Positions 36,252 through 45,790 of a DNA stretch of 62,833 bases are shown here, in pieces. Below the pieces are notes generated by a model that saw nothing but the letters and a program-made list of their open reading frames with translations, was not told where the DNA came from and searched no databases. The DNA is taken from positions 1-62,833 of the IMG/VR virus record IMGVR_UViG_3300010413_000029; one strand, given 5' to 3'. The stretch's first letter is position 1, and every line of letters begins with the position of its first letter. This DNA is from a virus (Duplodnaviria; Caudoviricetes). The translations under genes and the position numbers were made by a program.

Positions 36252-36412
36252 GCAATGAACGCACAGTGACCTACGGTGACGAGGCAGTTGTAGTGGAAAC
36301 TGATAAGACCACTCAAATCATCACATGGGAAGACGACAAACCAGATGAGGATGTCACAACGATTGACAAAGCCACCGGTGAATCAACTACCACCCACTAC
36401 CCAAAGACTTAG
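36248..36412 (+). CDS. Small acidic Thr-rich protein (54 aa)
   Basis: ATGA overlap with the upstream gene; translates MSNERTVTYG...HYPKT; not in the ORF track. Confidence 0.55.
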   Translation: MSNERTVTYGDEAVVVETDKTTQIITWEDDKPDEDVTTIDKATGESTTTHYPKT

Positions 36413-36421
36413 GAGAATACC

Positions 36422-37348
36422 ATGAACGAATTTATGTTTGATAACACAAAGCTCGACAGTCTCGATAAGGACATTGCAGAACACATGGCCCGCCCTACCC
36501 TGGTCAGCAAATTGAAGGGGCAAAAGAAACGCAAAAAAGCAGCAGAAATGTCATGGACAGCAGAATTACAGGAATACTGGTACGTTTATGTATTCCTCGC
36601 AGTCAGTGCCATCTTCACCGGGATGCTCGGATTCATCCTCGGTACTGCTCCAGAAGCACAATCAAATGGTATCTATTTCAACACGGATGGACTCCATATC
36701 ATCACAGCAATCGTGTACATGCTTACCTTCATCACAATCACAGAGGGAGCCTTCGCCCTGGCAAAACGCCGCTTTTTTGTGCGCGAGGAAAAAAACGAAG
36801 TCCAAAAGTTGACAATGCTCGTTGCAATGGTAGTTGCAGGGATTTCCATTGTCGGCACAGGGATTGCAGGTGGATCTGTAACTGCTTCAGTCCTCGGCTT
36901 CCTGACTGAATTTCAAGAAATCCCTGCAAGCGCCCAAAAGTGGATTGTGTACATCATTCCTGTCCTTTTAGCTTTCTACACGTTTCTTTTCGCAGCCTAT
37001 CACCTCTCCAGCGATGCAGCCGCCAGTGAACGCATCACTCGCGAACAGATCAGGGAGCGTGACCTGGATCACCGTACTCGTCAGCGTACCATCGAGCAAA
37101 TCGCACAAGAGAGATTGCAAGAGACAGAGTTGCAACTATTCATGAAAATGGTCGAGGAAGGGCGTATTTCATCAGCTACCGCAACAGCCGCTATTCGCGC
37201 CGGGAAAACTCTCGGTCAACTCGAACGAGAACAAAAACGTGACATCGACGGAGACGGCAAAATCGGCCAAACTTCCCCAAACGGACATCGCCCAACAGTT
37301 CGGGTCCTGGGCGCAGACGAACAGGATTTTACGAACCCGCCACAGTAG
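36422..37348 (+). CDS. Four-TM membrane protein with C-terminal coiled coil
   Basis: Four hydrophobic segments then a Q/E/R-rich helix; AGGAGA RBS. Confidence 0.8.
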   Translation: MNEFMFDNTKLDSLDKDIAEHMARPTLVSKLKGQKKRKKAAEMSWTAELQEYWYVYVFLAVSAIFTGMLGFILGTAPEAQSNGIYFNTDGLHIITAIVYMLTFITITEGAFALAKRRFFVREEKNEVQKLTMLVAMVVAGISIVGTGIAGGSVTASVLGFLTEFQEIPASAQKWIVYIIPVLLAFYTFLFAAYHLSSDAAASERITREQIRERDLDHRTRQRTIEQIAQERLQETELQLFMKMVEEGRISSATATAAIRAGKTLGQLEREQKRDIDGDGKIGQTSPNGHRPTVRVLGADEQDFTNPPQ

Positions 37349-37365
37349 AGCAACATGCTGAGGCG

Positions 37366-37833
37366 GTGATTGATGACAAAGCAGATGAGCTGCCATTAGA
37401 AATACCATTAGATTCGGCTCCTGAGGCATTAGATTTTCAAGATATTGATTCTATGGTTCAGGAAGCCGAACAAGTTCTAAAATCTAATGGCAGTGAAATA
37501 AATCTAACGGCTGTTTACAATATTGAGTTTACCGAAGGAAGGACTAGGAAAGATGGAAACTGGATCAAAACAGGAAAGTTCTACTGGATTTACACCACCT
37601 TCAAAGAAGGTAAAAGAGTACGAATCAGCCCAACAAAAATCCACGGGAACAAAAAATTTCTCACCAGAATTGAGAACTGTCCCCACAAAGGACGGGTCGC
37701 ATCTTTCTACCGCAACCGCACAGCCATTAGAAATGAGCAAGGAAATTCTAATGGCTATCGAGATATTCTTAGGGGACTTCAAAACATTGAAGGAACTATC
37801 TTCGACAAGTCGGCTGGCAATAAACAACGGTAA
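37366..37833 (+). CDS. Hypothetical protein, possibly DNA-binding
   Basis: Acidic N-terminus, basic beta-rich C-terminal domain. Confidence 0.6.
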   Translation: MIDDKADELPLEIPLDSAPEALDFQDIDSMVQEAEQVLKSNGSEINLTAVYNIEFTEGRTRKDGNWIKTGKFYWIYTTFKEGKRVRISPTKIHGNKKFLTRIENCPHKGRVASFYRNRTAIRNEQGNSNGYRDILRGLQNIEGTIFDKSAGNKQR

Positions 37834-37937
37834 ACTCTATTGTGTCATAGATTTTCCTGGCCACAATCTAACGGCTGACGGTGAAAATCTAATGGTTGAT
37901 GGTCAGTCATTAGAAAAGCTATTAGAAAATCTAATGG
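37393..37937. repeat. Array of about 12 TCTAAYGG 8-mers in both orientations
   Basis: Copies or near-copies at 37393, 37405, 37426, 37483, 37503, 37724, 37747, 37867, 37888, 37907, 37919, 37930. Confidence 0.8.
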
Positions 37938-37945
37938 AAAGATGA
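37733..37945 (+). CDS. Hypothetical protein
   Basis: MSKEIL... overlaps the previous gene; start inferred. Confidence 0.5.
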   Translation: MSKEILMAIEIFLGDFKTLKELSSTSRLAINNGKLYCVIDFPGHNLTADGENLMVDGQSLEKLLENLMER

Positions 37946-38077
37946 TATAATCAGATTGTTCAGGTCGTGCGGTAGAAAAGCCGATTTTGTTTTATAATCA
38001 AGAATACTCCGCTTGCCCCGTATGACCTGAACAATCAGACGGCTTTGGCTTGCGGAGTTTTTATTTGGAGCAACCTT
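37943..38077 (+). ncRNA. Promoter plus self-complementary leader RNA
   Basis: TGATATAAT; 37954-37972 pairs with 38018-38036 (19 bp, 2 G-U) enclosed by stem ACTCCGC/GCGGAGT plus U-tract; second TATAAT at 37993. Confidence 0.65.
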
Positions 38078-38617
38078 ATGCAATATCTTTATTTGATAAA
38101 GTGCCAACAATTTTACAAAATTGGAGTTGCCAACGATGTAAAGAGTCGGCTCGCACAATTAGCAACCGGCAACCCATTTGATATGCAGACCATAGCTATT
38201 TATGCGTTTGATAACGCTTCTGTAGTTGAGGCATCTCTTCATCAAGCATTTGCCGGACTTAGAAAAAAAGGTGAATGGTTTCAGTTGCTAGAAGGTGAAA
38301 TAGACGATTTCAATTTAGCCTGTAGAGTATTAGGTGGTCAGCCTTGCTCTTTATTTGATTCTGCCAATAACGAAGAAATTCAAGAAGCAGAGGAAATACA
38401 AGAAGTTGCCCTAGATAGCGACGAACACTTTTATTTTACTTGTGATGAGGGAGGAAATCATTATGTTTATTGCACTGATAGCACTCAAAAAGAACCAAAT
38501 GGAAGAAAAAAACGGGTTTATAAATGGGTACTAGAGGACCCAAGAACTCAACAATATTGCAAAAATGAAGCAGAGCATTGGTTGACAACGCACAAATGTC
38601 GTAGACTGGATAAATGA
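38078..38617 (+). CDS. T5orf172 / GIY-YIG domain protein
   Basis: YLYLI...YKIGVANDVKSRLAQLATGNP, EASLH, GEWF. Confidence 0.85.
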   Translation: MQYLYLIKCQQFYKIGVANDVKSRLAQLATGNPFDMQTIAIYAFDNASVVEASLHQAFAGLRKKGEWFQLLEGEIDDFNLACRVLGGQPCSLFDSANNEEIQEAEEIQEVALDSDEHFYFTCDEGGNHYVYCTDSTQKEPNGRKKRVYKWVLEDPRTQQYCKNEAEHWLTTHKCRRLDK

Positions 38618-38618
38618 T

Positions 38619-38765
38619 ATGAAAAAATTTCTGTTTTTACCGATCATCCCGCTTGCGTCTCTAGCCTGCCTCACCCAGGTAGTGCCGGTTTATACGCCCT
38701 GGCCGACATTCACGAAAGAAAGCGTAGCGACAATCAGCGCGACGGCTCCCGCAGAAAGCGAGTAG
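38619..38765 (+). CDS. Small putative lipoprotein (48 aa)
   Basis: MKKFLFLPIIPLASLAC lipobox; not in the ORF track. Confidence 0.5.
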   Translation: MKKFLFLPIIPLASLACLTQVVPVYTPWPTFTKESVATISATAPAESE

Positions 38766-39024
38766 AGATGGCTAAAAAATTTGCATTTTTCGGTTTCTGT
38801 ATTGGATTATTAATATCAGGTCTTGTATTTTTGGCAGAACAGACAACACAAGAAATAGCCTGGTTATTACTTGGCTCTTTTCCACTATGCTGGGGAATTG
38901 GTGGCTATTTACTTGGATTGAATAATAAACAATGCTAGTTTGTTTGCAAACCGTTTCTAAAAACACCGTCAGAACTCCTGACATTCACAGAGAAAGTAAT
39001 TAGCCCTATTCAAGGTCATTCTAT

Positions 39025-39321
39025 ATGGACACAGAAAAAAACGTGAGAAAAGCACTAAAAAACCTACATGACGATAAGGGAATGTCATGGCGTGAAATTG
39101 CATCAATAAAGCAATATGAGGGGATTCCAGCAGGGACATTGTGCTCAATCTACAATGATGACCCAATCCCAAAAGTGCATAAGCAAAAACTTGGGCTTTC
39201 CAAAAAACCTGAGCCTCCAACATGGGTCACAAATGCAGCCAACAACCTGGCTGTGCTAGAGTCGAAGGCACAACCATCATCAAATCGAATCTATAACCGC
39301 AAGGGAAAGAGAGTGACATGA
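39025..39321 (+). CDS. HTH DNA-binding protein
   Basis: GMSWREIA....GIPAGTLCSIY. Confidence 0.6.
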   Translation: MDTEKNVRKALKNLHDDKGMSWREIASIKQYEGIPAGTLCSIYNDDPIPKVHKQKLGLSKKPEPPTWVTNAANNLAVLESKAQPSSNRIYNRKGKRVT

Positions 39322-39680
39322 GACGCATATCATTATCAATCTTCCTGCTATGCTTTGCCTGCATCTCCGGATTCTCTGCGGCTATTGCACTAACACCCAC
39401 AGCACTTCCAACAACATTGCCAACCAAGGCTGTGACACAAACAATCAGCCCGACAGTAGTGCCAACTGAGAATGTGCCAATCTTGGGAAGTTTCACAGTA
39501 ATGGCTGCCAAGGTTTATATCCGTGATCGTGATGACAACATCATTGGCTATCTATCCAACAATGACACTGTTTTCTGCCATCCATCAAAATCAGGCTGGT
39601 GCATCATGACCAACCACACTAGAATATGGGGAGGGTGTCTTTCGCCAAACCCACAGGAACTCGGATGCGAAGCCAAATGA
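39318..39680 (+). CDS. Putative lipoprotein with PT linker and SH3-like domain
   Basis: LLCFAC lipobox, PT-rich stretch, VYIRD...IIGYL..GWC. Confidence 0.6.
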   Translation: MRRISLSIFLLCFACISGFSAAIALTPTALPTTLPTKAVTQTISPTVVPTENVPILGSFTVMAAKVYIRDRDDNIIGYLSNNDTVFCHPSKSGWCIMTNHTRIWGGCLSPNPQELGCEAK

Positions 39681-39699
39681 AACAACGAGGAGAAATATT

Positions 39700-39981
39700 A
39701 TGCAAATTGTGAATCAAAAAGGATACAACAAGTGGAAGGCAGAACAAAAAAGCGGTTATGGGAAACGCATTTTTGCTTATGTCGAAAAATGGGCAAATTT
39801 GATGGAGTCAGAAATTGCAAGTGGAAAAAGTATAGAAGACATCGCAATAAGGACAAGCCATCAAGCAGATACATTTGAAATTACAGGAGCGGCGTTTGGG
39901 CTTTCAATCAATGTGCTAGTAAAACATTGGAAATACGGAAAACAAATTTCAAGCATCCGTTCAAAATTATTTTTAATATGA
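39700..39981 (+). CDS. Hypothetical protein
   Basis: GAGGAG RBS; WANLME...ITG...W.YG. Confidence 0.65.
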   Translation: MQIVNQKGYNKWKAEQKSGYGKRIFAYVEKWANLMESEIASGKSIEDIAIRTSHQADTFEITGAAFGLSINVLVKHWKYGKQISSIRSKLFLI

Positions 39982-40296
39982 CCCACAAGATCATACCAAT
40001 CCAACGCTGGGATGAATTCAGCGCATACAACGAATGGGTCTGCTCGATATGCAATCTCAGGCTTATTCGACTAGTCGGTCTATCTCACGAGTGGCTTCAT
40101 GGATGGAGGCTTGTAAAATGATTCACACTATGCACTTAGAGCAAGAACACGAAGGCACTCAAGTGTGGGTATGTGATGAAAAGGATTGCAAACACATGCT
40201 TTCCATCGAATGGGAGCCAAAGTTCAGAAAAGCTACCATCCAGCAGGGAAAGAACGTCATTCATACAGGATGGAAACAGGAAACAGAGGCAAACCA

Positions 40297-40767
40297 ATGA
40301 CCTACACTTCAAAACAAGCACGCCAAATGGGCATCAACAAGAAGCTCGGCAACGAGGGGGAGGAGCGTACTATCAATCGCCTTCGCGCTATAGGCGCACT
40401 TATGCCCGAGGAAATAGGCACACCCTTTGTAATAACAAACACAAAGGTAATCAACAAACAAACTTGGTATAAGGGGTACTGGAAGGAAAAGGTATCAGGG
40501 GACATCATTGCCCATACAGTTGACGGGACAAAGATACTGGCAGAAGTCAAGACAATCCTAGACCGTAACCTGCGCTGGTCAGATTTCAAAAAGCACCAAC
40601 CACAAAAGCTATCTGAGAACGCAGAGAATGCCATCTCATTACTCGTTTGGTGGCATTCCACTGGCCTGTACATCATGAACTGGATGGATGTACTGGCAAC
40701 AGGGTTCGGACCAGGGAAGGGACTCACAGAGCAACAAGCAGCACGGTTGGACATCGAAAAGATATAG
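40297..40767 (+). CDS. PD-(D/E)XK nuclease, probable Holliday junction resolvase
   Basis: G..GEE, GDIIA, LAEVK. Confidence 0.65.
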   Translation: MTYTSKQARQMGINKKLGNEGEERTINRLRAIGALMPEEIGTPFVITNTKVINKQTWYKGYWKEKVSGDIIAHTVDGTKILAEVKTILDRNLRWSDFKKHQPQKLSENAENAISLLVWWHSTGLYIMNWMDVLATGFGPGKGLTEQQAARLDIEKI

Positions 40768-40776
40768 GAGAACAAT

Positions 40777-41034
40777 ATGAGCGAAAAATGCCAACACAAA
40801 ATGGTCTACGGAGGTATAAAGTATAGAGATTCTAGCAGACCATTTCCAGGAACAGCAGCTAGAAGAAGATTATATTTCGACTGGTTTTATTGTGAAAATG
40901 GGTGCGGTAGAGCAGATTACAATAGACTAGAATTTCAAAATACAACCTACGATAAGGTGGAACTCAATGCAACTTCGATACCATCAAAAGACGTAGAGTT
41001 GATTATAGCAATGACCGGGGAGTATTTTCGATAA
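40777..41034 (+). CDS. Hypothetical protein
   Basis: AGGAGA RBS. Confidence 0.6.
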   Translation: MSEKCQHKMVYGGIKYRDSSRPFPGTAARRRLYFDWFYCENGCGRADYNRLEFQNTTYDKVELNATSIPSKDVELIIAMTGEYFR

Positions 41035-41035
41035 T

Positions 41036-41073
41036 AAAACCATCCCCTAGAAGTTCTAGGGGATGGTTGCTTT
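41036..41073. terminator. Bidirectional terminator between convergent operons
   Basis: Palindrome AACCATCCCCTAGAA-G-TTCTAGGGGATGGTT. Confidence 0.75.
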
Positions 41074-41090
41074 ACAGGAATTCTTATTGT

Positions 41091-41540
41091 CTACCCTTTG
41101 GAGTGAGAATATCCCAAAGCCAGGAAATTGAACCCGCGCACCTGATTGTGGACAAATCCGCTGATCGCATTCGCAACAGGCCAATGGAATAGCAATGCCA
41201 GGATCGGGAACAATACACCACCAAGCTGGGCAAGTAACCCAAGAATGGTGTCAACCGGGGAAATCGCGCCAGGAGCAAAGACCTGCAAGACACCGACAAT
41301 CACAAGTCCACCAAGGTTTAGCCATTTTGCCCATTGGTCAGCCTGTCCATCGCTTACCCAATTGAACTTTTTCATGATGTTGATCACGAAGGTGATGATT
41401 GCAGCAAACCCGGCCAACGAGAAGTAGAACGTGACCAGCGCCTGCACCCAATCCTGCGGGGTTTCAACCTGGAACAGCGGGCGAAATGCCATCAGGGAGA
41501 GGGACAACACAATCAACAGCAAGAGCAAAAATTTTTTCAT
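41091..41540 (-). CDS. Multi-TM membrane protein, holin candidate
   Basis: Signal-like N-terminus plus three hydrophobic segments; AGGAGA RBS; end of the late operon. Confidence 0.55.
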   Translation of the reverse strand: MKKFLLLLLIVLSLSLMAFRPLFQVETPQDWVQALVTFYFSLAGFAAIITFVINIMKKFNWVSDGQADQWAKWLNLGGLVIVGVLQVFAPGAISPVDTILGLLAQLGGVLFPILALLFHWPVANAISGFVHNQVRGFNFLALGYSHSKG

Positions 41541-41592
41541 GAGAATTCTCCTTTGCCTGTATCCGACAGGCATCAAAACGTTTTGTAAAAAT

Positions 41593-41641
41593 ATTCTACT
41601 ACAAATAACCCCTAATAGACAAGTATTTCAAAGGATAAAAA
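41593..41641 (-). promoter_or_regulatory. Variant phage promoter module (no CATCCA leader box)
   Basis: TTTTTATCC, TTGTCT-18-TAGAAT with G-run in the spacer. Confidence 0.6.
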
Positions 41642-41646
41642 TTAAC

Positions 41647-42771
41647 CTACAAATATTTCTGCACCTTCTCCAAAAATCTATCCTTGCGAAAAGGGGAGCC
41701 AATCATTCTCCTACGCCAATCAGCAATTTCTTCATCACAACTCACGGCTTTTCTTAACAAACCCAAAGAGTCACGAGCCTGCAAAATGTCGTAGGGAAAG
41801 GCGACTAGATGTTCATATTTTTTCCAATTGCGAGCATATAGCACTGGTTTATTGCGTAATTGTACATGGGTCGGCATATCCGTTGCCATCGAGACCGCAG
41901 GAACACCACGCGCAACTGCCAAGTACAAAATCGTCTGATGCCCCACCACTACATCGGCTTCATCAATTTGGTCATAGACCTGGTTCATGGCTCCAGGAGT
42001 GTACTCGATATTCGGATGCTCCACCTTCTGCAATCCAGACTTCCCCAAATCGTTGATAAATCGTACCGTCAATTTGATGTCATCAGCCTTTGCCAATTTC
42101 TCTAACCGCTGGAACGTGACCAGATTCACATCCTGATCGACTTTGGCGCAACGAGGGTGGATCGGTGCAAACAACACCTTTCTTGGTTCCTTCTTGGGAG
42201 TGAACTTTCGTATTGGACACAAGGACCACCCAACCACTTCCAAGGGACGAGAATAGCCAAAGGATTCCATTATTTCTATATGCCCTTGTGCACTTACAAA
42301 GTGGGCAGTTGTAAAAGCCCACTCTTTGTAAATATCATTGACCAGATCAGGCCTGGCAGCATGGGGATATACAAAAAAAACCCCCACACCACTCCTGCGA
42401 ATATGCTCCAACTTGAAACGTCTCCCAAGGGTATCGGTATCAGACAACACCATCTTGATACCATGATAGTGCCGATGACAATCCATTCTCAAATAGTCTT
42501 CATCCAAAGCACTAATGAACTTTCCAGCCTTGTTCTGATGGTTGAAGACCATGTACCCCTTTCTCCCATTCATCTTCTGTCCATCACAACTAATATCCTT
42601 ATCTATGCCATTGGTACGCCTGATGATAATTGGGCCAGGGGAGTTCTCCTTCGATACAATTGTGAACCGTCTACACTTAGGGCAAAAATACTTATCCGTG
42701 TTAGTCATACTTCGATGGAACCTGGCACGAGGAAATTTACAATCAATGTGAGAACAGGGGATATAGTTCAT
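41647..42771 (-). CDS. Putative GT-B-like glycosyltransferase with N-terminal Zn ribbon
   Basis: FVYPH, KVLFAPIHP, IDEADVVVGHQTILYLAVARGVP resembles a GT-B C-terminal motif. Confidence 0.5.
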   Translation of the reverse strand: MNYIPCSHIDCKFPRARFHRSMTNTDKYFCPKCRRFTIVSKENSPGPIIIRRTNGIDKDISCDGQKMNGRKGYMVFNHQNKAGKFISALDEDYLRMDCHRHYHGIKMVLSDTDTLGRRFKLEHIRRSGVGVFFVYPHAARPDLVNDIYKEWAFTTAHFVSAQGHIEIMESFGYSRPLEVVGWSLCPIRKFTPKKEPRKVLFAPIHPRCAKVDQDVNLVTFQRLEKLAKADDIKLTVRFINDLGKSGLQKVEHPNIEYTPGAMNQVYDQIDEADVVVGHQTILYLAVARGVPAVSMATDMPTHVQLRNKPVLYARNWKKYEHLVAFPYDILQARDSLGLLRKAVSCDEEIADWRRRMIGSPFRKDRFLEKVQKYL

Positions 42772-42781
42772 AGTTTATCTT

Positions 42782-43828
42782 TTATGCAATCGGCGTCATT
42801 CCGAGATAGTTTCCTTCCCGCACAGCCGCGTTACTCTGGTCTACTATGGCATTTTCAGCCGTCAATACAGCGCCAACTCCGATCAGGTTGCTTTGCAGGA
42901 TTGCATCCGAGTTCGGAGCAACAATCAGGCCGTATGTAAATCGTTTTTCTGCGGGTACATTTTCAATCCTATTATTGTTTACAAATGCAAATGTGCGCCC
43001 ATTGACATCATCGTTGACTGCTATCCCGCAGGCCTCTCCGGCCTGTCCAATCACTCCCCGGATGGCATTATTGTTCACTGTCACCCTGCCGATGGCACGG
43101 ATCGCATAACACGGTTGACCTACTATCTCGTGCATGTCACTGATGACATTGCCAGAAACCAATACACCACCATCATCCAGTTGCGTGGACAGGACAAGAT
43201 TAATCGCGTAACGAGGGGATACTAGATTTCCTTTCCCAATGCCGTTGAAAATATTATTGGAGATGAGCGCGTCCTGAACATAGGTTGCAACATATTTTTC
43301 ATCATTCAGAACTACGCCAAAGCTGGACAAATCACGAAAACGATTCTCGATGATTTGTACTCCGTGACCAACCGCATGAACCCCCGCTCCACCATCATGA
43401 CAATAGTTCCCACGCGCCAAAAATCCTACGGTACGTGTATCGTTGCAATCAATTGCACTGAGAGTGTGATTATAAATTTCGCAATCCAGAACACGGATAT
43501 TTTCGCCGCCCCCATCGTGATAAATGGCTTCGTTGGGTGAGCCGTCCACCGTCACGCGCCGGATTGTGGCGTTTTTTACTGCCCCGATATAAATGGGCTT
43601 ATAGGGTACGCTCGCACCTTTGATGGTCAGGTTGGACAGACTGACGTTATCGGCCTGAATGGTGATGGAACCGGTCAGAACTGGCCAGTCGCACAACAGG
43701 CGCAGCGGCTTATCTATGGTTATATCTTCGGTGTATCCGTTCGCAGGAATGTAGACAGACGCACCAACTGGGGCCGCCGTAATTGTGGCCTGTATAGATG
43801 GGTAGTAACCAGCATCGATAATCGTCAT
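42782..43828 (-). CDS. Right-handed parallel beta-helix protein (tailspike / depolymerase-like)
   Basis: YPSIQATITAA, YTEDITIDKPL, repeated I..N.I / V..N..F rungs. Confidence 0.8.
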   Translation of the reverse strand: MTIIDAGYYPSIQATITAAPVGASVYIPANGYTEDITIDKPLRLLCDWPVLTGSITIQADNVSLSNLTIKGASVPYKPIYIGAVKNATIRRVTVDGSPNEAIYHDGGGENIRVLDCEIYNHTLSAIDCNDTRTVGFLARGNYCHDGGAGVHAVGHGVQIIENRFRDLSSFGVVLNDEKYVATYVQDALISNNIFNGIGKGNLVSPRYAINLVLSTQLDDGGVLVSGNVISDMHEIVGQPCYAIRAIGRVTVNNNAIRGVIGQAGEACGIAVNDDVNGRTFAFVNNNRIENVPAEKRFTYGLIVAPNSDAILQSNLIGVGAVLTAENAIVDQSNAAVREGNYLGMTPIA

Positions 43829-43868
43829 TAGCTGTCCAATAACATCAAGAGTGAATCCCCTCCGGGGT

Positions 43869-44765
43869 CTAAGGGTTTGTAAGCGCAGCTAATGCATTTG
43901 ACAACGCTATTACCTGTGTAGGTGTCCATAGGGTTCCTGGCGCAACAACAAAAGCCAAAATGTCTCCTGTGTAGGTTGGTATATTTGCTACTGCCGAAGT
44001 TCTGTTCGCCCCAATGCCGATTCCATTAGGACATGTACCCGTGCCCAACATTTGTGACGTAATCGCTATCCCATCAAGATACCCGTAATCAGTGAGTGCT
44101 ATCACTCCGCCAGTTGCCGCATTTGCTACATTGACCTGATTCCCGTTGTCGAAATATTTTATACCACCTATTTGTTGCAAAGCGAAATCAAGTGAAGCCA
44201 CCGCCTTGCCAAACATCAAGCCGTTCCCTGACCGATTCGCATAGCGCATTACCAGCGACGACCCAGCAGGCAAAACAATTGGACATAATATTTTCTTTGT
44301 ACCATCATATGTCCATCCCGTGGCAGCAGCGAACGTAGGATTAACTGCACTGGTCAAATCGTCTGTCCCCGGATCGAGTACATTGACCAAACTTGCAGGG
44401 AATGACACCGCGCCAATAGCACGATATGCTCCTGTATTAACAGCAGCAGTCCCACCAGCCGCCCACCATGCGTTCGTATAATTCTGTCCTGTCAAGTTGC
44501 CGCTCATGGTTGCAATTGATTTCGCCGCCCACGAATAGCCCGTTTTCGTGCAGGTCATCGAACCGCTGGTGCCTGCCGAAATGCCCGTGATGGTGTACGT
44601 CCCATCTCCCCCACTGATTGCCGAGTATACACCCAGCACAACCGTAGCGCCTGAGACGGGCGTCGAGCCATCCGCGTCATAGACTGTCCCACTGATGGAG
44701 TAGGTTGGAGCAACCCCGCCATTTTTGAAAGCAGGAACTCTGCGCTTAGAAAGCAATCTAAGCAT
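43869..44765 (-). CDS. Virion protein: carboxypeptidase-regulatory-like domain plus LamG-like domain
   Basis: ISGTVYDADGSTPVSGATV...DGTYTITG; IGIGA....YTGDI. Confidence 0.6.
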   Translation of the reverse strand: MLRLLSKRRVPAFKNGGVAPTYSISGTVYDADGSTPVSGATVVLGVYSAISGGDGTYTITGISAGTSGSMTCTKTGYSWAAKSIATMSGNLTGQNYTNAWWAAGGTAAVNTGAYRAIGAVSFPASLVNVLDPGTDDLTSAVNPTFAAATGWTYDGTKKILCPIVLPAGSSLVMRYANRSGNGLMFGKAVASLDFALQQIGGIKYFDNGNQVNVANAATGGVIALTDYGYLDGIAITSQMLGTGTCPNGIGIGANRTSAVANIPTYTGDILAFVVAPGTLWTPTQVIALSNALAALTNP

Positions 44766-44766
44766 A

Positions 44767-45231
44767 CTACACCTCTATTCCATAGAGAGTCCCAGTAATA
44801 TTAGCAGCCCCACTAGAGGTGGCTTTCAACACATTATTGATTGCAGAGAGCAAGACTCCATTGCCGAGGTCAAAATTATAGGGCGTATCCGCTAAAAGCA
44901 CAGGGGTCTGAAATACATCAGTGCCAGCAACATTGTCCTCAAACAACACGCTAACAGCCGCATCTACACTAATACTTCCTCCCATCAATTGAACTTTCTT
45001 ACCACTTGCAGGAGTCCACACTGTCGCAATGGAGCCAATGGCTACACCCTTCAAGGTCTTGAAGGTATCAGGAATGAGTAAATCAACGCCACCACCAGCA
45101 CCACCTTGCAAGGAAGCCACTACTGGACGCGCGTGCGACCCATCAGACAACTCTTTCCATGTTTCGGTAACCTCAGTATTTCCAGCACCATCATCTCCCC
45201 TAAGGGTGACAATATTATTTTGGTCAGCCAT
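44767..45231 (-). CDS. Putative virion structural protein
   Basis: G/A/V/T-rich beta-type ORF in the tail region. Confidence 0.55.
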   Translation of the reverse strand: MADQNNIVTLRGDDGAGNTEVTETWKELSDGSHARPVVASLQGGAGGGVDLLIPDTFKTLKGVAIGSIATVWTPASGKKVQLMGGSISVDAAVSVLFEDNVAGTDVFQTPVLLADTPYNFDLGNGVLLSAINNVLKATSSGAANITGTLYGIEV

Positions 45232-45253
45232 CTTTCACGCTCCTTTTTCTCTA

Positions 45254-45790
45254 TTATACATATTCTTTCGCAACTATTCTCATTCCAATCCAAAGTTTGT
45301 ACTCAACATTGAATTCCCATAAATTAGAAGGAATTACGACTTCATCAATCGCCTTCGTGACGCCAGGAGCCTGTTCTTCACGGTAATCATGGAAAACTAG
45401 AAAGCCACCATACTTCACGAATGGCGAGAATTTCAAATAATCATGGAGAACAGAACTAAAGTCATGTTTTCCGTCAATAAACAATAAATCTATTTCTTGA
45501 TCCCAATCCACGTCTTGAGAAAAACTCTTGATGGGGATGATGTTCTTATAATTCAAAATCGTTTGAGCAAAAAGAGCCTCCCTGTTTCTCTGACCTTTCT
45601 GGTCAATAAGAGACCAAGGGTCAATGGCAAACAATGTTACGCTTTTCTTGGCTACATCTGCCATTTTCGAGATCGAATACCCAAAAGCAGAACCTATTTC
45701 AACAATAATGCCATTTTCAGGAACTTTATTGGCAACACCTTGTAGAACAGGAGTTTCTTCATCAGTTATCCTTATCAAGCCTCTAGTCAT
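45254..45790 (-). CDS. Class I SAM-dependent methyltransferase (Methyltransf_24-like)
   Basis: VEIGSAFGYS, IDPW, DLLFIDGKH, GG..VFHDY. Confidence 0.85.
   Translation of the reverse strand: MTRGLIRITDEETPVLQGVANKVPENGIIVEIGSAFGYSISKMADVAKKSVTLFAIDPWSLIDQKGQRNREALFAQTILNYKNIIPIKSFSQDVDWDQEIDLLFIDGKHDFSSVLHDYLKFSPFVKYGGFLVFHDYREEQAPGVTKAIDEVVIPSNLWEFNVEYKLWIGMRIVAKEYV

Noticed and set aside
37393-37937. CRISPR array
   Set aside because: The repeats are only 8 bp, irregularly spaced and in both orientations. I saw no repeat-spacer array anywhere in the window.
38941-38960. Third attC site (GCAAACCGTT resembles an attC right end)
   Set aside because: I could not find a matching R''/L'' arm or a palindromic body upstream.
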